DNA of 47,369 nt, taken from NCBI RefSeq assembly GCF_028712645.1, contig NZ_JAQTPQ010000001.1, positions 1 to 47,369 on the forward strand, written 5' to 3'. Below the pieces are notes generated by a model. The model saw nothing but the letters and a program-made list of their open reading frames with translations, was not told where the DNA came from and made no database searches. Both the position numbers and the translations under genes were made by a program. Below, one piece after another: positions 1 through 9,220 of this stretch (within the stretch, counting starts at the first letter, position 1; each line of letters starts with the position of its first letter). This stretch comes from Flavobacterium sp. (GTDB lineage: Bacteria; Bacteroidota; Bacteroidia; Flavobacteriales; Flavobacteriaceae).

Positions 1-1308
1 CAAACCTATTTAAAGCAAGGGAAAATTGAGGCTGCTTTAAAAACATTAAATAGTGCTATGTTTATGGCAAAAAAATTTAATGACAGCTATTTCAATGCCG
101 ATACCAATCGAGCCATTGGAGATTGTTATTCTATGAAAGGAGATTATACAAAAGCATTGGAACTGTATCAAATAGCGTTAAAACTCAATCAAGATAACAA
201 AGAGTTAGTAGGTGTTTCAGAATGCTACATCAGTATTGGATTTGTTTATTTTAAAGAAAAAAATTATGTCAAAGCTATTGATAATACAAATAAAGGATTG
301 GCAATAGCCAAGGAAATAGGTCAATTAGAATTTATAAAAAATGCCTATAGAAACTTGTCGGATATATACAAAGCAACGAATAATTTTAGGTTGGCTTATG
401 AAAATCAAGCTTTGTTTAAGCAAGCGAATGATTCGATGTTCAATACTGAAAAAGACAAAAAAATTACAGCATTGCAATTAACTTATGAGTTTGATAAAAA
501 GCTGGAAGCCACTAGAATTCAACAGCAAAAAAAGGAAGCTATTATGAAAGTGGAAGCTCAAAAACAAAAAAACGCCATTTATTCCATCATCATCATTCTT
601 ATACTAGTAATCGCATTTGCAATAGTTACTTTTTTTGATTTAAAGAAAAATAAAAAGCAAAAAACGATTATCGAAAAACAAAACAAACAGATTCAAAGCG
701 CTTTATCCGAAAAAGAAATGCTGATGCGAGAAATTTATCATCGGGTAAAAAACAATCTTCAGTTTGTATCTGCGATGATTCAAATGCAAATTAGCACTTC
801 TAAAAGTAAAAACAACAAAAGCGTACTGAATGATACTTATCGTCGTATTAACGCTATGACATTGGTACACGAGATGTTGTATAACAAAGACAAACTCGAA
901 AGTGTTTCCTTGCAAAAATACCTCACAGAATTGGTAGAAAAACTTAACGAAATGGTCAATGACAGCCATTTGCCAATAAATTTTAAAATTGAAATTGAAG
1001 ATTTGAACTTTAATATTAATGACTGTATGGCTATAGGTATGATTAGTTCAGAGTTGTTGAGTAACGCTATAAAATACGCTTTTGAAGGAATCGAAAAACC
1101 CGAAATCACAATCGATTTATATTTAGATAACAATAGTAAAAAAATTATTTATAAAGTAAAGGACAACGGAATAGGATTTGAAGACAACGCTAATTCTGGA
1201 CTAGGTTTGCGGTTGATAGATATTTTTACCCGACAATTAAAAGGCACTTTTTCGAGACAAAACAACGCTGGTTCTTCCTTTATTTTTGAATTTCCATACC
1301 ACCAATAA
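1..1308 (+). CDS. TPR-repeat membrane sensor histidine kinase (HisKA_2-type), 5'-truncated by the window edge
   Basis: Frame is open from base 1 (QTYLKQGKIEAAL...). TPR-like helices, a TM segment (IYSIIIILILVIAFAIVTFF), H-box EIYHRVKNNLQ, N-box ELLSNAIKYAF, G-boxes DNGIG and GLGL. Confidence 0.9.
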   Translation, partial: QTYLKQGKIEAALKTLNSAMFMAKKFNDSYFNADTNRAIGDCYSMKGDYTKALELYQIALKLNQDNKELVGVSECYISIGFVYFKEKNYVKAIDNTNKGLAIAKEIGQLEFIKNAYRNLSDIYKATNNFRLAYENQALFKQANDSMFNTEKDKKITALQLTYEFDKKLEATRIQQQKKEAIMKVEAQKQKNAIYSIIIILILVIAFAIVTFFDLKKNKKQKTIIEKQNKQIQSALSEKEMLMREIYHRVKNNLQFVSAMIQMQISTSKSKNNKSVLNDTYRRINAMTLVHEMLYNKDKLESVSLQKYLTELVEKLNEMVNDSHLPINFKIEIEDLNFNINDCMAIGMISSELLSNAIKYAFEGIEKPEITIDLYLDNNSKKIIYKVKDNGIGFEDNANSGLGLRLIDIFTRQLKGTFSRQNNAGSSFIFEFPYHQ

Positions 1309-1985
1309 TGACAAACACCACCAAAATACTCGTAGTTGATGATGAAGTGCTTATTGCCGAATTCCTAAAGGACATTCTAGTTTCTTTGGGCTTCATCAAT
1401 ATTCAATTGGCACATAATATGCAACAAACTTTTGTAGAAATAGAACGGTTTCAACCTGAATTGCTGCTGCTGGATATTCGTATGGAAAGAGAATTAGAAG
1501 GCATTGAAATTGCCCAAAAAATAAACGAACAATACAACATTCCGTTTGTTTTTATCACGGCACATTCTGATGCGCAAATTATTCGGCAAGCACTCGACAC
1601 GAATCCATCGGGCTATATTACCAAACCGTTTAAAACGATGGATGTATATGCTGCCATTAATCTCGCTATAAAAAACAAGGCTCTTCAACAAGAAAAAACA
1701 TTGGTTTTTAAAGACGGTTATGACACGGTTAATCTTCCTACAAATGAGATATTATTTGCCAAAAGCGAAGGCAATTATATTGATTTATTTACCTCCAAAA
1801 AAATCTATACCCTTCGCAATTCTTTGGATTGGCTTTTAGAAAATTTACCCGAAAATGAGTTCAAAAAAACGCATCGTTCTTATGTGGTAAATGTAAAAAA
1901 AATAGAAAAGATAACTTCAAAAAGTGTCTTTATCAACAACACCGAAATTCCTGTTTCCAGAAATAGTCTCATAGATTTCTTGTAA
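1308..1985 (+). CDS. LytTR-family DNA-binding response regulator
   Basis: REC domain (VVDDE, LLDIRM, FITAH, YITKPF) plus LytTR domain (SEGNY, FKKTHRSYVVN, IPVSR). Start overlaps the kinase stop (TAATG). Confidence 0.92.
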   Translation: MTNTTKILVVDDEVLIAEFLKDILVSLGFINIQLAHNMQQTFVEIERFQPELLLLDIRMERELEGIEIAQKINEQYNIPFVFITAHSDAQIIRQALDTNPSGYITKPFKTMDVYAAINLAIKNKALQQEKTLVFKDGYDTVNLPTNEILFAKSEGNYIDLFTSKKIYTLRNSLDWLLENLPENEFKKTHRSYVVNVKKIEKITSKSVFINNTEIPVSRNSLIDFL

Positions 1986-2012
1986 TTTCAAAAGGATATT
2001 TGGTCTTATTTT

Positions 2013-2082
2013 ACCATTCACATACAAAGTTTTGCAGTTCACACCATTTTTTTAATATCGGTTTCTGTTCTTATTAGATTTG
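2013..2082 (+). promoter_or_regulatory. Candidate LytTR direct-repeat site plus Bacteroidota -7 promoter element for the large T9SS gene
   Basis: ACCATTCAC (2013-2021) and GCAGTTCAC (2034-2042) repeat with a 21-bp period. TAGATTTG (2075-2082) matches TAnnTTTG. Confidence 0.6.
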
Positions 2083-2109
2083 GATTCTATATTAGAAAAT
2101 CAAAAAACA

Positions 2110-5100
2110 ATGAGAAAAATTATTTTAAAATTGATGTTGCTTTTTATTTGCTTGCTATTGACAATAAATACAAAGGCACAAACAATTCGTTATGTAAAAC
2201 CAATTGCTACCGGTACTGGCGATGGCTCTTCTTGGGCAAATGCCACGAACGATTTGCAGGCGATGATTTTTATTTCGGGTGCAGGCGATGAGGTTTGGGT
2301 TGCTTCGGGAACCTATTATCCTACTCAATACCCTATATTCAATAGCAATGACCCTTCAACCAACAGTAGTTATCCTACGGATGAACGGGACAAAACTTTT
2401 TCGATTAAGGATAATATGAAGTTGTACGGAGGCTTTGTGGGTACTGAAACCTTGCTTTCGCAGCGTCCTGCATACACAAACGATGCTTCGGCTTCTATTC
2501 TTAGTGGCGATATAGACAAAGATGGTGCTTTAAATTGGGGCAACTGTTGGCACGTTGTTTTTTCACAATACACTAGTCCAGCAACAATTTTTGATGGATT
2601 TACCGTTACAGGTGGACACGCTGTAGGTACAAGAAGGATGGCAGTGCAAGGCTATTATGTTTATCAGAATAGCGGTGGCGGTATGAATTGCACCAGAAAT
2701 GGTAATGCAACTCTTAACAACATTATATTCAAAGGAAATCAAGCCTCTTTAGGAGGGGGTATTAATAACTTTTCGACCAGTAGTCCAACAATTACCAATT
2801 GTAAATTTATTGACAATCTAGCCGTTACGGGTGGAGGTATAAATAGTCAGCAAAATTGTAATCCATCCGTTAGCAATTGTATCTTTAGTACTAATTATTG
2901 TACGAGTTCGGGTGGTGGATTGAACTATTATTTAAGTAATCCTACCGTAACCAATTCGGTCTTTACAGGCAATAGAGCAAATGATGCGGGAGGAGCTATT
3001 TATGGTACTAATGGCACATTAAATCTTTTAAATTGTACCTTTAGTGCCAATGAAACTCTTGGTAATGGCGGCGCAATACATAGTTCTTATAATACCAATA
3101 TCAGCAACTGCATCATCTGGGGAAATTCAGCCAACGGAGTTCTGAATAGTAATGCAGGAGGATATTACAATTCTAACATAAATGCTACTTCGTCAGTTAA
3201 TTATTCTATCGTGCAAGGCTCATCCGTTTATGCAGGTATAGGCAATAGCAATGCCGATCCACTCTTTGTAAATTCGACACTCCCAGCGGGTTCTGATGCG
3301 ATTTTTGGCACTTCTGATGATGGTTTAGCGTTACAATTTACAAGTCTAGGTGTTGATTCCAGTAACCCAACAACTTCAAGTCCAGCTACTGATATAACTG
3401 GTTTTACTCGAGTAGGTGTTTTTGATAGCGGTGCCTACGAAAATAGATGCAATCCTCCAGCACCAACAGTTTCTGCAACACCCTTATTTTGTGGTGCTGT
3501 TTTAGAAAATATGGCTGTTGGTTCTAATATAAAATGGTATGATGCACTCACAGGTGGGAATTTATTAAATTCCACAGCCTTATTAGTAAACGGAACAACG
3601 TATTATGCAACCCAAACTCCAATCATTGGAAGTTGCGAAAGTCATCCTAGAACGGCTATGACTGCTAATTTTATTCTTACAAGTTGTATTTATACCGCCA
3701 TTCCTGATACCAACTTTGAACAAGAATTGATAACAAAGGGTTATGATACTGTTATTGACGGAAAAGTTTTAACGGCTAATATTAGTGCAATTACAACTTT
3801 GAATGTGTCCAATAAAAACATTGCTTCTTTAACTGGTATTCAGGATTTCGTTAGTTTGACTTCCTTAAATTGTAGTTTCAATCAGTTAACAAGCCTAAAT
3901 ATTGCTGGGCTAATCCATTTATCAGTATTAGATTGTAATAGTAACGCATTGACGAGTTTAAATATTAGTACTTTAGTCAATTTAGCATTTCTTAATTGTG
4001 GTTATAATCAGTTAACAAGTTTAAATATAAGCGGACTAAATGCACTACAAGCGGTGTCTTGCGATTACAATCAAATAACAAGTTTAAATGGCTCCGGATT
4101 ATTAAGTTTAGGGTATATAACCTGCGATCATAATCAATTAACAAGTATAAATATAAGTGGATTAAGCAATTTTATCAATCTAATAGCCGATCACAATCAG
4201 TTAACAAGTGTCGATTTAAGTGGTGGAACCAATCCTCATTTATTATATTTACATAACAATCTCTTAACTGATTTAAATCTTAGCGGAAAAACAAATTTAA
4301 CTGTTTTAAATTGTTTGAACAACCCCAATATCACTTGCATCAGAGTCGATAATGTAACAACTGCAACAAATAATTTAAGTTGGCAAAAAGATGCAACAGC
4401 TAGTTATTCTAGTACAAGTTGTACCAGTTCTCCAATTGCAGCAAGTCTACAACATTTTTGTTCTGCTGTAACCATTGCCGATTTAACAGCTTCAGGAACC
4501 AATTTAAAATGGTATGCAGATGCTGCTTCTACCACTGTTTTATCTTCTTCAACACCACTTTCTTCGGCAAATTATTATGTTTCTCAAACCATAAACGATG
4601 ATGAAAGCCCAAGAACAGTGGTAACGGTTGAAGCAAATACAACGCCTATTCCTGGCAACTCTTTAAATTTTGATGGAATTGATGACAGCGTGTCTATTTC
4701 TAATCAACCCGTTTCTAATCTTACTAATTTCACTTTAGAAGCTTGGGTATATGCATCAGGAAATTCGTCGCGTCAAACGATTTATGCCGAAGGTAACACT
4801 TCAGACGATAACCCTATGTTTTCGATAATCAGGTTGCCTAATACAACAGGTTTTGAAATTATTTTGCGAAACTCAGCAAGTGTGGGACTTATAGTATCGA
4901 GTACTACTGGTTTTATGCCATTAAATACTTGGACACATATAGCGTTTGTGAGAACTTCAGAAACAACAGCAAGCTTATATATTAACGGATTAAACACTGA
5001 TAATTTTACGTTTGCAAACCCCGGAAGTATCGCTGTAAATGTTACCAATATAGGAGTACGCCAGCGAGTTGGTTTTGATGATTGGTTTAACGGAAATCTG

Positions 5101-8100
5101 GACGAAGTTCGTATTTGGAATCGGACTTTACCAATAGCTGAAATACAAAATAATAAGGATAATGAACTAGTTTCAGGTCAAACAGGCTTAGTTGCTTATT
5201 ATAAATTTAATCAAGGAATTAACAACGCAAACAATACAACAATAAACACACTAACAGATTCTAGTGGAAATACTAATACTGGAACATTAAATGGCTTTGC
5301 CCTGACTGGCTCAACTTCAAACTGGGTTGCGATGAGTCCTATTGCGACAACGACAGCACCCCAAACTTTGTGTAATGGAACAGTAGCTGATTTAACAGCG
5401 ACAGCAACGGGAACAATAAATTGGTATGATGTGGCAACAGGTGGTTCTCCATTGGTTGGAACAACAACCTTAACAACAGGAACGTATTACTATACGCAAA
5501 CAATAAGTGGTTGCGAAAGTGCAAGAATAGCCGTGTTAGTAACTGCAAATCTTTCGCCAACGCCAACAGCAAGCGCACAAGTTTTTGGTAATGGAGCAAC
5601 AGTTGCCAATTTAACAGCATCAGGAACAGGAACAATCAATTGGTATGATGTTGAAACAGGAGGTTCTCCATTGGTAGCAACAACAACCTTGATAACAAGA
5701 ACTTATTATGTTTCGCAAACAGTAGGAACTTGCGAAAGTTCAAGAACAGCGGTTTCTGTAACTGTAGGAGTTCCTGCTCCAACGGCTGTAAGCCCGCAAG
5801 TATTTACAGGAACGGCTACTTTAGCCGATCTGACAGCTACAGGAACAGCCATTCAATGGTATGCCACGGCAAGTGGAGGATTAGCATTAGCAAACACCAC
5901 AAGCCTAACGGATGGAGCAACCTATTATGCGAGCCAAACCCTAAATTCTTGCGAAAGTCTTAACCGCTTAGCTGTTACTGTAACTAAAATAAGTGAACCC
6001 GCCCAAACTGTTTGCAATTCTTCAACAGTAGCTGATTTAGTAAGTACAGCAAGTGCTGGTGCAACTATAAATTGGTATAGTGCCCCTTCGGGAGGTGTAG
6101 CATTAACAGGCGGTACTGCTTTAAGCGCAGGTATATATTATGCTGAACAAACAATTGCTGAAAACACCAGTGCTTTGGGCAGCGGATTTTTAAATCCTAC
6201 TGGAGTTAGTGTACAGGCCGATGGCAAAATTGTAGTGGCAGATTATGGAAACAATGCTATCAAAAGAATGAATGCTGATGGTACAGCTATTGTAACATTA
6301 GGTAGCGGATTTTTAAATCCTACTGGAGTTGCCGTTCAAACTGACGGCAAAATTTTGGTAGCCGATACTAATAACGGTGCTATCAAACTAATGAATGCCG
6401 ATGGAACAGGCATTGTAACACTAGGAAGTGGATTTAGTAATCCTACAGGAATTGCCATTCAAGCCGATGGCAAAATTTTGGTGTCCGACATAGGAAATGG
6501 TACTCTCAAACGAATGAATGCCGATGGAACAGGCATTGTAACACTCGGTAGTGGATTTTCTGTTCCTTATGGAGTTGCCGTTCAGGCCGATGGCAAAATT
6601 TTGCTAACAAACTTTAGCTCCCATACTGTTAAACAAATGAATGCCGATGGAACTGATCTTGTAACACTAGGTAGTGGATTTAATCTTCCTTATGGAGTTG
6701 CCGTTCAATCTGACGGCAAAATTTTGGTGGTCAATACGGGTAATAATAGTCTCAAAAGAATGAATGCCGATGGAACAGGGATTATACCATTAGGAAGCGG
6801 ATTGTGGAATCCTTATGGAATTACCGTTCAATCTGATGGTACTATTTTGGTGGCAGATGGCAACAATCATACCATCAAAAAAATAACTGTAGCAAGCGTT
6901 TCTAACCGTGTAGCGGTAAATATAATAGTGAATACACCTCCAATAGCTCCAACAGCAAATGCACAAACGTTTTGTAGTGGTGCAACAGTTGCTGATTTAG
7001 TGGCAACAGGAACCGCTTTGCAATGGTATGATGTTGCATCTGGAGGAAGTGCTTTACTTTTAACAGATGTTTTAGCAACAGGAACGTATTATGTTTCGCA
7101 AACAATTACTGGTTGTGAAAGTGCTAGAACTTCGGTTTCGGTAACCCTTGGAAACACAACAACTTGGAATGGTTTATGGGATAATGGCGCACCAACATCT
7201 TACTCAAAAGTAATTATAGCAAGCGATTTCACAGCAATCGCGGATTTATCGGCGTGTAGTTTAGACATCACAGGAACAGCCGTTGTTTCGGTTCCAACAG
7301 GATTTAATTTCAACATTTCTGGTGCAGTTACCGTTGCTCCTACTGCCAGCTTGACCTTCGAGAATGATGCTAATCTCGTTCAAATTGACAATGTAGCCAA
7401 TGCCGGAAACATTACCGTAAAACGAAACAGTTCACCATTGATACGACAAGATTATACATTATGGTCTTCGCCAGTTGCTGGGCAACAATTGCTAGCGTTC
7501 TCCCCCGCTACCTTGATCAATCGTTTTTATATTTACAATCCAACGACTAATTTATATAACACCATTGCTCCAACGTTTGATTTCAACATAGGAACTGGTT
7601 ATTTAATCCGTATGCCCAATACGCATCCTACAATTCCAACCATCTGGAATGGAGTTTTCTCGGGTGTACCAAATAACGGCACAATCAATTACACAATGAC
7701 TGATGGCGGAGTAGGATTCCGTTTCAATTTAACAGGAAATCCATATCCATCTCCAATAAATATGGCACGATTTGTCACTGACAACACTAACATAACTGGA
7801 ACCTTGTACTTTTGGAGAAAAACAAACAATCCATTAAGTCCATCGTATTGCTCTTGGACTGCAGGAACATTTACCACAAATGGCGAAGCCCAAGTTGTAG
7901 ATCCAAATGGAATCATCCAAACAGGACAAGGATTCTTTGTTGAAGCCAACGGAACAGGTACCGCTTTGACATTTAAAAACACGCAAAGAATCGGGAACAC
8001 CGTAGGCCAGTTTTTCAAAACCAAGGCTGTAGAAAGAAACAGAATTTGGCTGAATGCTACCAATACATCAGGTGCTTTTTCGCAAATGGCAGTTGGTTAC

Positions 8101-8700
8101 ATCACTGATGCTACACAAGGCGTGGATGCTTTTGACGGAAAATATTACAATGATGGAGCGATTGCTTTGAGTTCAATAATCGACAATAATGATTATGCAA
8201 TCCAAGGACGCGCCTTGCCTTTTGATGCTAATGATGTTGTGCTAATGAGTTTTAGTGCAAAAACTGCTGGCGATTACAGCATTGCCATCGATCACGTGGA
8301 CGGATTGTTTTCAGGAAGCCAAAGTATCGTCTTGAAAGATAATCTTACCGGTGCAGAAACCGATTTGAAAGCTGGAGCATACACCTTTACGGCAGCGGCA
8401 GGAACGGACAAAACGAGGTTTACCTTGAAATACCAGAAAACTTTAGGAATCAATAATCCTACTTTCGACGAAAACAGCGTTACGGTCTTTAAAAACAAAG
8501 GTGTAATTTCGATAAAATCTGTTGGCACTACCATTGCAAACGTGAAAGTATTTGATATTCTAGGGCGATTGATTTTCGAAAAGTCGAAAGTTAATGCAAG
8601 CGAAACCAGTATTGATGGAAGTAAATTTGCCAACCAAGTTTTGATGGTAAAAATCACTTCGGAAGCAAACAAAGTAGTAAACAAAAAAGTAATAAACTAA
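2110..8700 (+). CDS. Large modular T9SS-secreted surface protein or adhesin (parallel beta-helix, LRR, LamG-like, 7 Ig-like repeats, NHL-like propeller, T9SS CTD)
   Basis: Signal peptide MRKIILKLMLL...TKAQ favours ATG 2110 over TTG 2080. GGG/N-rich beta-helix ~2180-3450; LRRs (CxxNQLTSLNI) ~3690-4420; LamG (LNFDG, FTLEAW, WTHIA, LDEVRIW) ~4650-5335; seven xxWY..GG..YY.SQT repeats; CTD with VKVFDILGRLI ... KKVIN. Confidence 0.88.
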   Translation: MRKIILKLMLLFICLLLTINTKAQTIRYVKPIATGTGDGSSWANATNDLQAMIFISGAGDEVWVASGTYYPTQYPIFNSNDPSTNSSYPTDERDKTFSIKDNMKLYGGFVGTETLLSQRPAYTNDASASILSGDIDKDGALNWGNCWHVVFSQYTSPATIFDGFTVTGGHAVGTRRMAVQGYYVYQNSGGGMNCTRNGNATLNNIIFKGNQASLGGGINNFSTSSPTITNCKFIDNLAVTGGGINSQQNCNPSVSNCIFSTNYCTSSGGGLNYYLSNPTVTNSVFTGNRANDAGGAIYGTNGTLNLLNCTFSANETLGNGGAIHSSYNTNISNCIIWGNSANGVLNSNAGGYYNSNINATSSVNYSIVQGSSVYAGIGNSNADPLFVNSTLPAGSDAIFGTSDDGLALQFTSLGVDSSNPTTSSPATDITGFTRVGVFDSGAYENRCNPPAPTVSATPLFCGAVLENMAVGSNIKWYDALTGGNLLNSTALLVNGTTYYATQTPIIGSCESHPRTAMTANFILTSCIYTAIPDTNFEQELITKGYDTVIDGKVLTANISAITTLNVSNKNIASLTGIQDFVSLTSLNCSFNQLTSLNIAGLIHLSVLDCNSNALTSLNISTLVNLAFLNCGYNQLTSLNISGLNALQAVSCDYNQITSLNGSGLLSLGYITCDHNQLTSINISGLSNFINLIADHNQLTSVDLSGGTNPHLLYLHNNLLTDLNLSGKTNLTVLNCLNNPNITCIRVDNVTTATNNLSWQKDATASYSSTSCTSSPIAASLQHFCSAVTIADLTASGTNLKWYADAASTTVLSSSTPLSSANYYVSQTINDDESPRTVVTVEANTTPIPGNSLNFDGIDDSVSISNQPVSNLTNFTLEAWVYASGNSSRQTIYAEGNTSDDNPMFSIIRLPNTTGFEIILRNSASVGLIVSSTTGFMPLNTWTHIAFVRTSETTASLYINGLNTDNFTFANPGSIAVNVTNIGVRQRVGFDDWFNGNLDEVRIWNRTLPIAEIQNNKDNELVSGQTGLVAYYKFNQGINNANNTTINTLTDSSGNTNTGTLNGFALTGSTSNWVAMSPIATTTAPQTLCNGTVADLTATATGTINWYDVATGGSPLVGTTTLTTGTYYYTQTISGCESARIAVLVTANLSPTPTASAQVFGNGATVANLTASGTGTINWYDVETGGSPLVATTTLITRTYYVSQTVGTCESSRTAVSVTVGVPAPTAVSPQVFTGTATLADLTATGTAIQWYATASGGLALANTTSLTDGATYYASQTLNSCESLNRLAVTVTKISEPAQTVCNSSTVADLVSTASAGATINWYSAPSGGVALTGGTALSAGIYYAEQTIAENTSALGSGFLNPTGVSVQADGKIVVADYGNNAIKRMNADGTAIVTLGSGFLNPTGVAVQTDGKILVADTNNGAIKLMNADGTGIVTLGSGFSNPTGIAIQADGKILVSDIGNGTLKRMNADGTGIVTLGSGFSVPYGVAVQADGKILLTNFSSHTVKQMNADGTDLVTLGSGFNLPYGVAVQSDGKILVVNTGNNSLKRMNADGTGIIPLGSGLWNPYGITVQSDGTILVADGNNHTIKKITVASVSNRVAVNIIVNTPPIAPTANAQTFCSGATVADLVATGTALQWYDVASGGSALLLTDVLATGTYYVSQTITGCESARTSVSVTLGNTTTWNGLWDNGAPTSYSKVIIASDFTAIADLSACSLDITGTAVVSVPTGFNFNISGAVTVAPTASLTFENDANLVQIDNVANAGNITVKRNSSPLIRQDYTLWSSPVAGQQLLAFSPATLINRFYIYNPTTNLYNTIAPTFDFNIGTGYLIRMPNTHPTIPTIWNGVFSGVPNNGTINYTMTDGGVGFRFNLTGNPYPSPINMARFVTDNTNITGTLYFWRKTNNPLSPSYCSWTAGTFTTNGEAQVVDPNGIIQTGQGFFVEANGTGTALTFKNTQRIGNTVGQFFKTKAVERNRIWLNATNTSGAFSQMAVGYITDATQGVDAFDGKYYNDGAIALSSIIDNNDYAIQGRALPFDANDVVLMSFSAKTAGDYSIAIDHVDGLFSGSQSIVLKDNLTGAETDLKAGAYTFTAAAGTDKTRFTLKYQKTLGINNPTFDENSVTVFKNKGVISIKSVGTTIANVKVFDILGRLIFEKSKVNASETSIDGSKFANQVLMVKITSEANKVVNKKVIN
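6175..6888 (+). repeat. Six tandem 123-bp (41-aa) intragenic repeats, NHL-like beta-propeller blades
   Basis: Units start at 6175, 6298, 6421, 6544, 6667 and 6790. Consensus LGSGFxxPxGVAVQxDGKILVxxxxNxxxKRMNADGTGIVT; the last unit is truncated. Confidence 0.95.
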
Positions 8701-8715
8701 TAAGAAGATTTATTT

Positions 8716-8745
8716 TTCGGTTGTTCGTGGATTCGAATGACCGAA
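8716..8745 (+). other. Intergenic RNA stem-loop without a U-tract
   Basis: TTCGGTTGTTCG-tggatt-CGAATGACCGAA. The 12-bp stem is fully paired only on the + strand, using two G-U pairs. Confidence 0.65.
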
Positions 8746-8772
8746 TAATCAAATTATAACAAATGCACGATT

Positions 8773-8997
8773 ATGAAAAATAATTTATTAAAATATTGCC
8801 TGATTGCTTTTTGCCTGTGTATTAATTTCGTGATGTTTGCCCAAGCTCCTGGATCTAATAATGACACCGGAAATCTAGAAACTGATGATGCTCCTGCTGC
8901 TCCAATCGATAACTACCTTTGGGTCCTGGCTTTGGTTGGTTTGGTTTTCGTTTTCCTGAGATTTAAGGCTATTCAAGACAAGAAAATCCAAAGTTAA
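8773..8997 (+). CDS. Small protein with signal peptide and PID-motif/TM/basic C-terminal tail (PID-CTERM-like)
   Basis: Signal peptide ending ...VMFA-Q, short acidic/Pro linker, PAAPIDNYLW, hydrophobic helix, basic tail RFKAIQDKKIQS. Confidence 0.8.
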   Translation: MKNNLLKYCLIAFCLCINFVMFAQAPGSNNDTGNLETDDAPAAPIDNYLWVLALVGLVFVFLRFKAIQDKKIQS

Positions 8998-9017
8998 AAA
9001 ACTATAAAAAAGAAACG

Positions 9018-9140
9018 ATTTCCAATAAAACAAAAGCTAACGAAGTTCAACTCGATTTATCGAAACTTCCGACGGCTTCGTACTTTGTAAAAGTGGTTTC
9101 CGATGGAAAATCGAAAATAATAAAAGTGATTAAAAAATAG
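9018..9140 (+). pseudogene. Orphan 3' remnant of a T9SS C-terminal sorting domain gene
   Basis: Start-less frame ISNKTKANEVQLDLSKLPTASYFVKVVSDGKSKIIKVIKK* fits the D-L-S-x-L-P-x-x-x-Y-F-V-K ... K-V-I-K-K CTD ending. In-frame stop upstream at 8964. Confidence 0.75.
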
Positions 9141-9164
9141 GTTTATTCCATTTTTGATTCAATT

Positions 9165-9195
9165 AAAAAAATTCCCGCAAATTGCGGGAATTTTT
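9165..9195. terminator. Bidirectional intrinsic terminator between the T9SS module and dnaB
   Basis: AAAAATTCCCGCAA-a-TTGCGGGAATTTTT with A/T tracts on both sides, between convergent genes. Confidence 0.85.
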
Positions 9196-9220
9196 GTTAT
9201 ATAAACTTAATCGTTTTTTT

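Noticed and set aside
730..762. EIYHR instead of the usual EIHHR in the kinase H-box as a sign of inactivation
   Set aside because: The phospho-accepting His in HRVKNN and the ATP-binding boxes are intact.
6175..6888. 123-bp repeats as a CRISPR array or DGR template/variable pair
   Set aside because: The repeats are in-frame coding units without unique spacers. Differences are not adenine-specific, and there is no cas or reverse transcriptase gene in the window.
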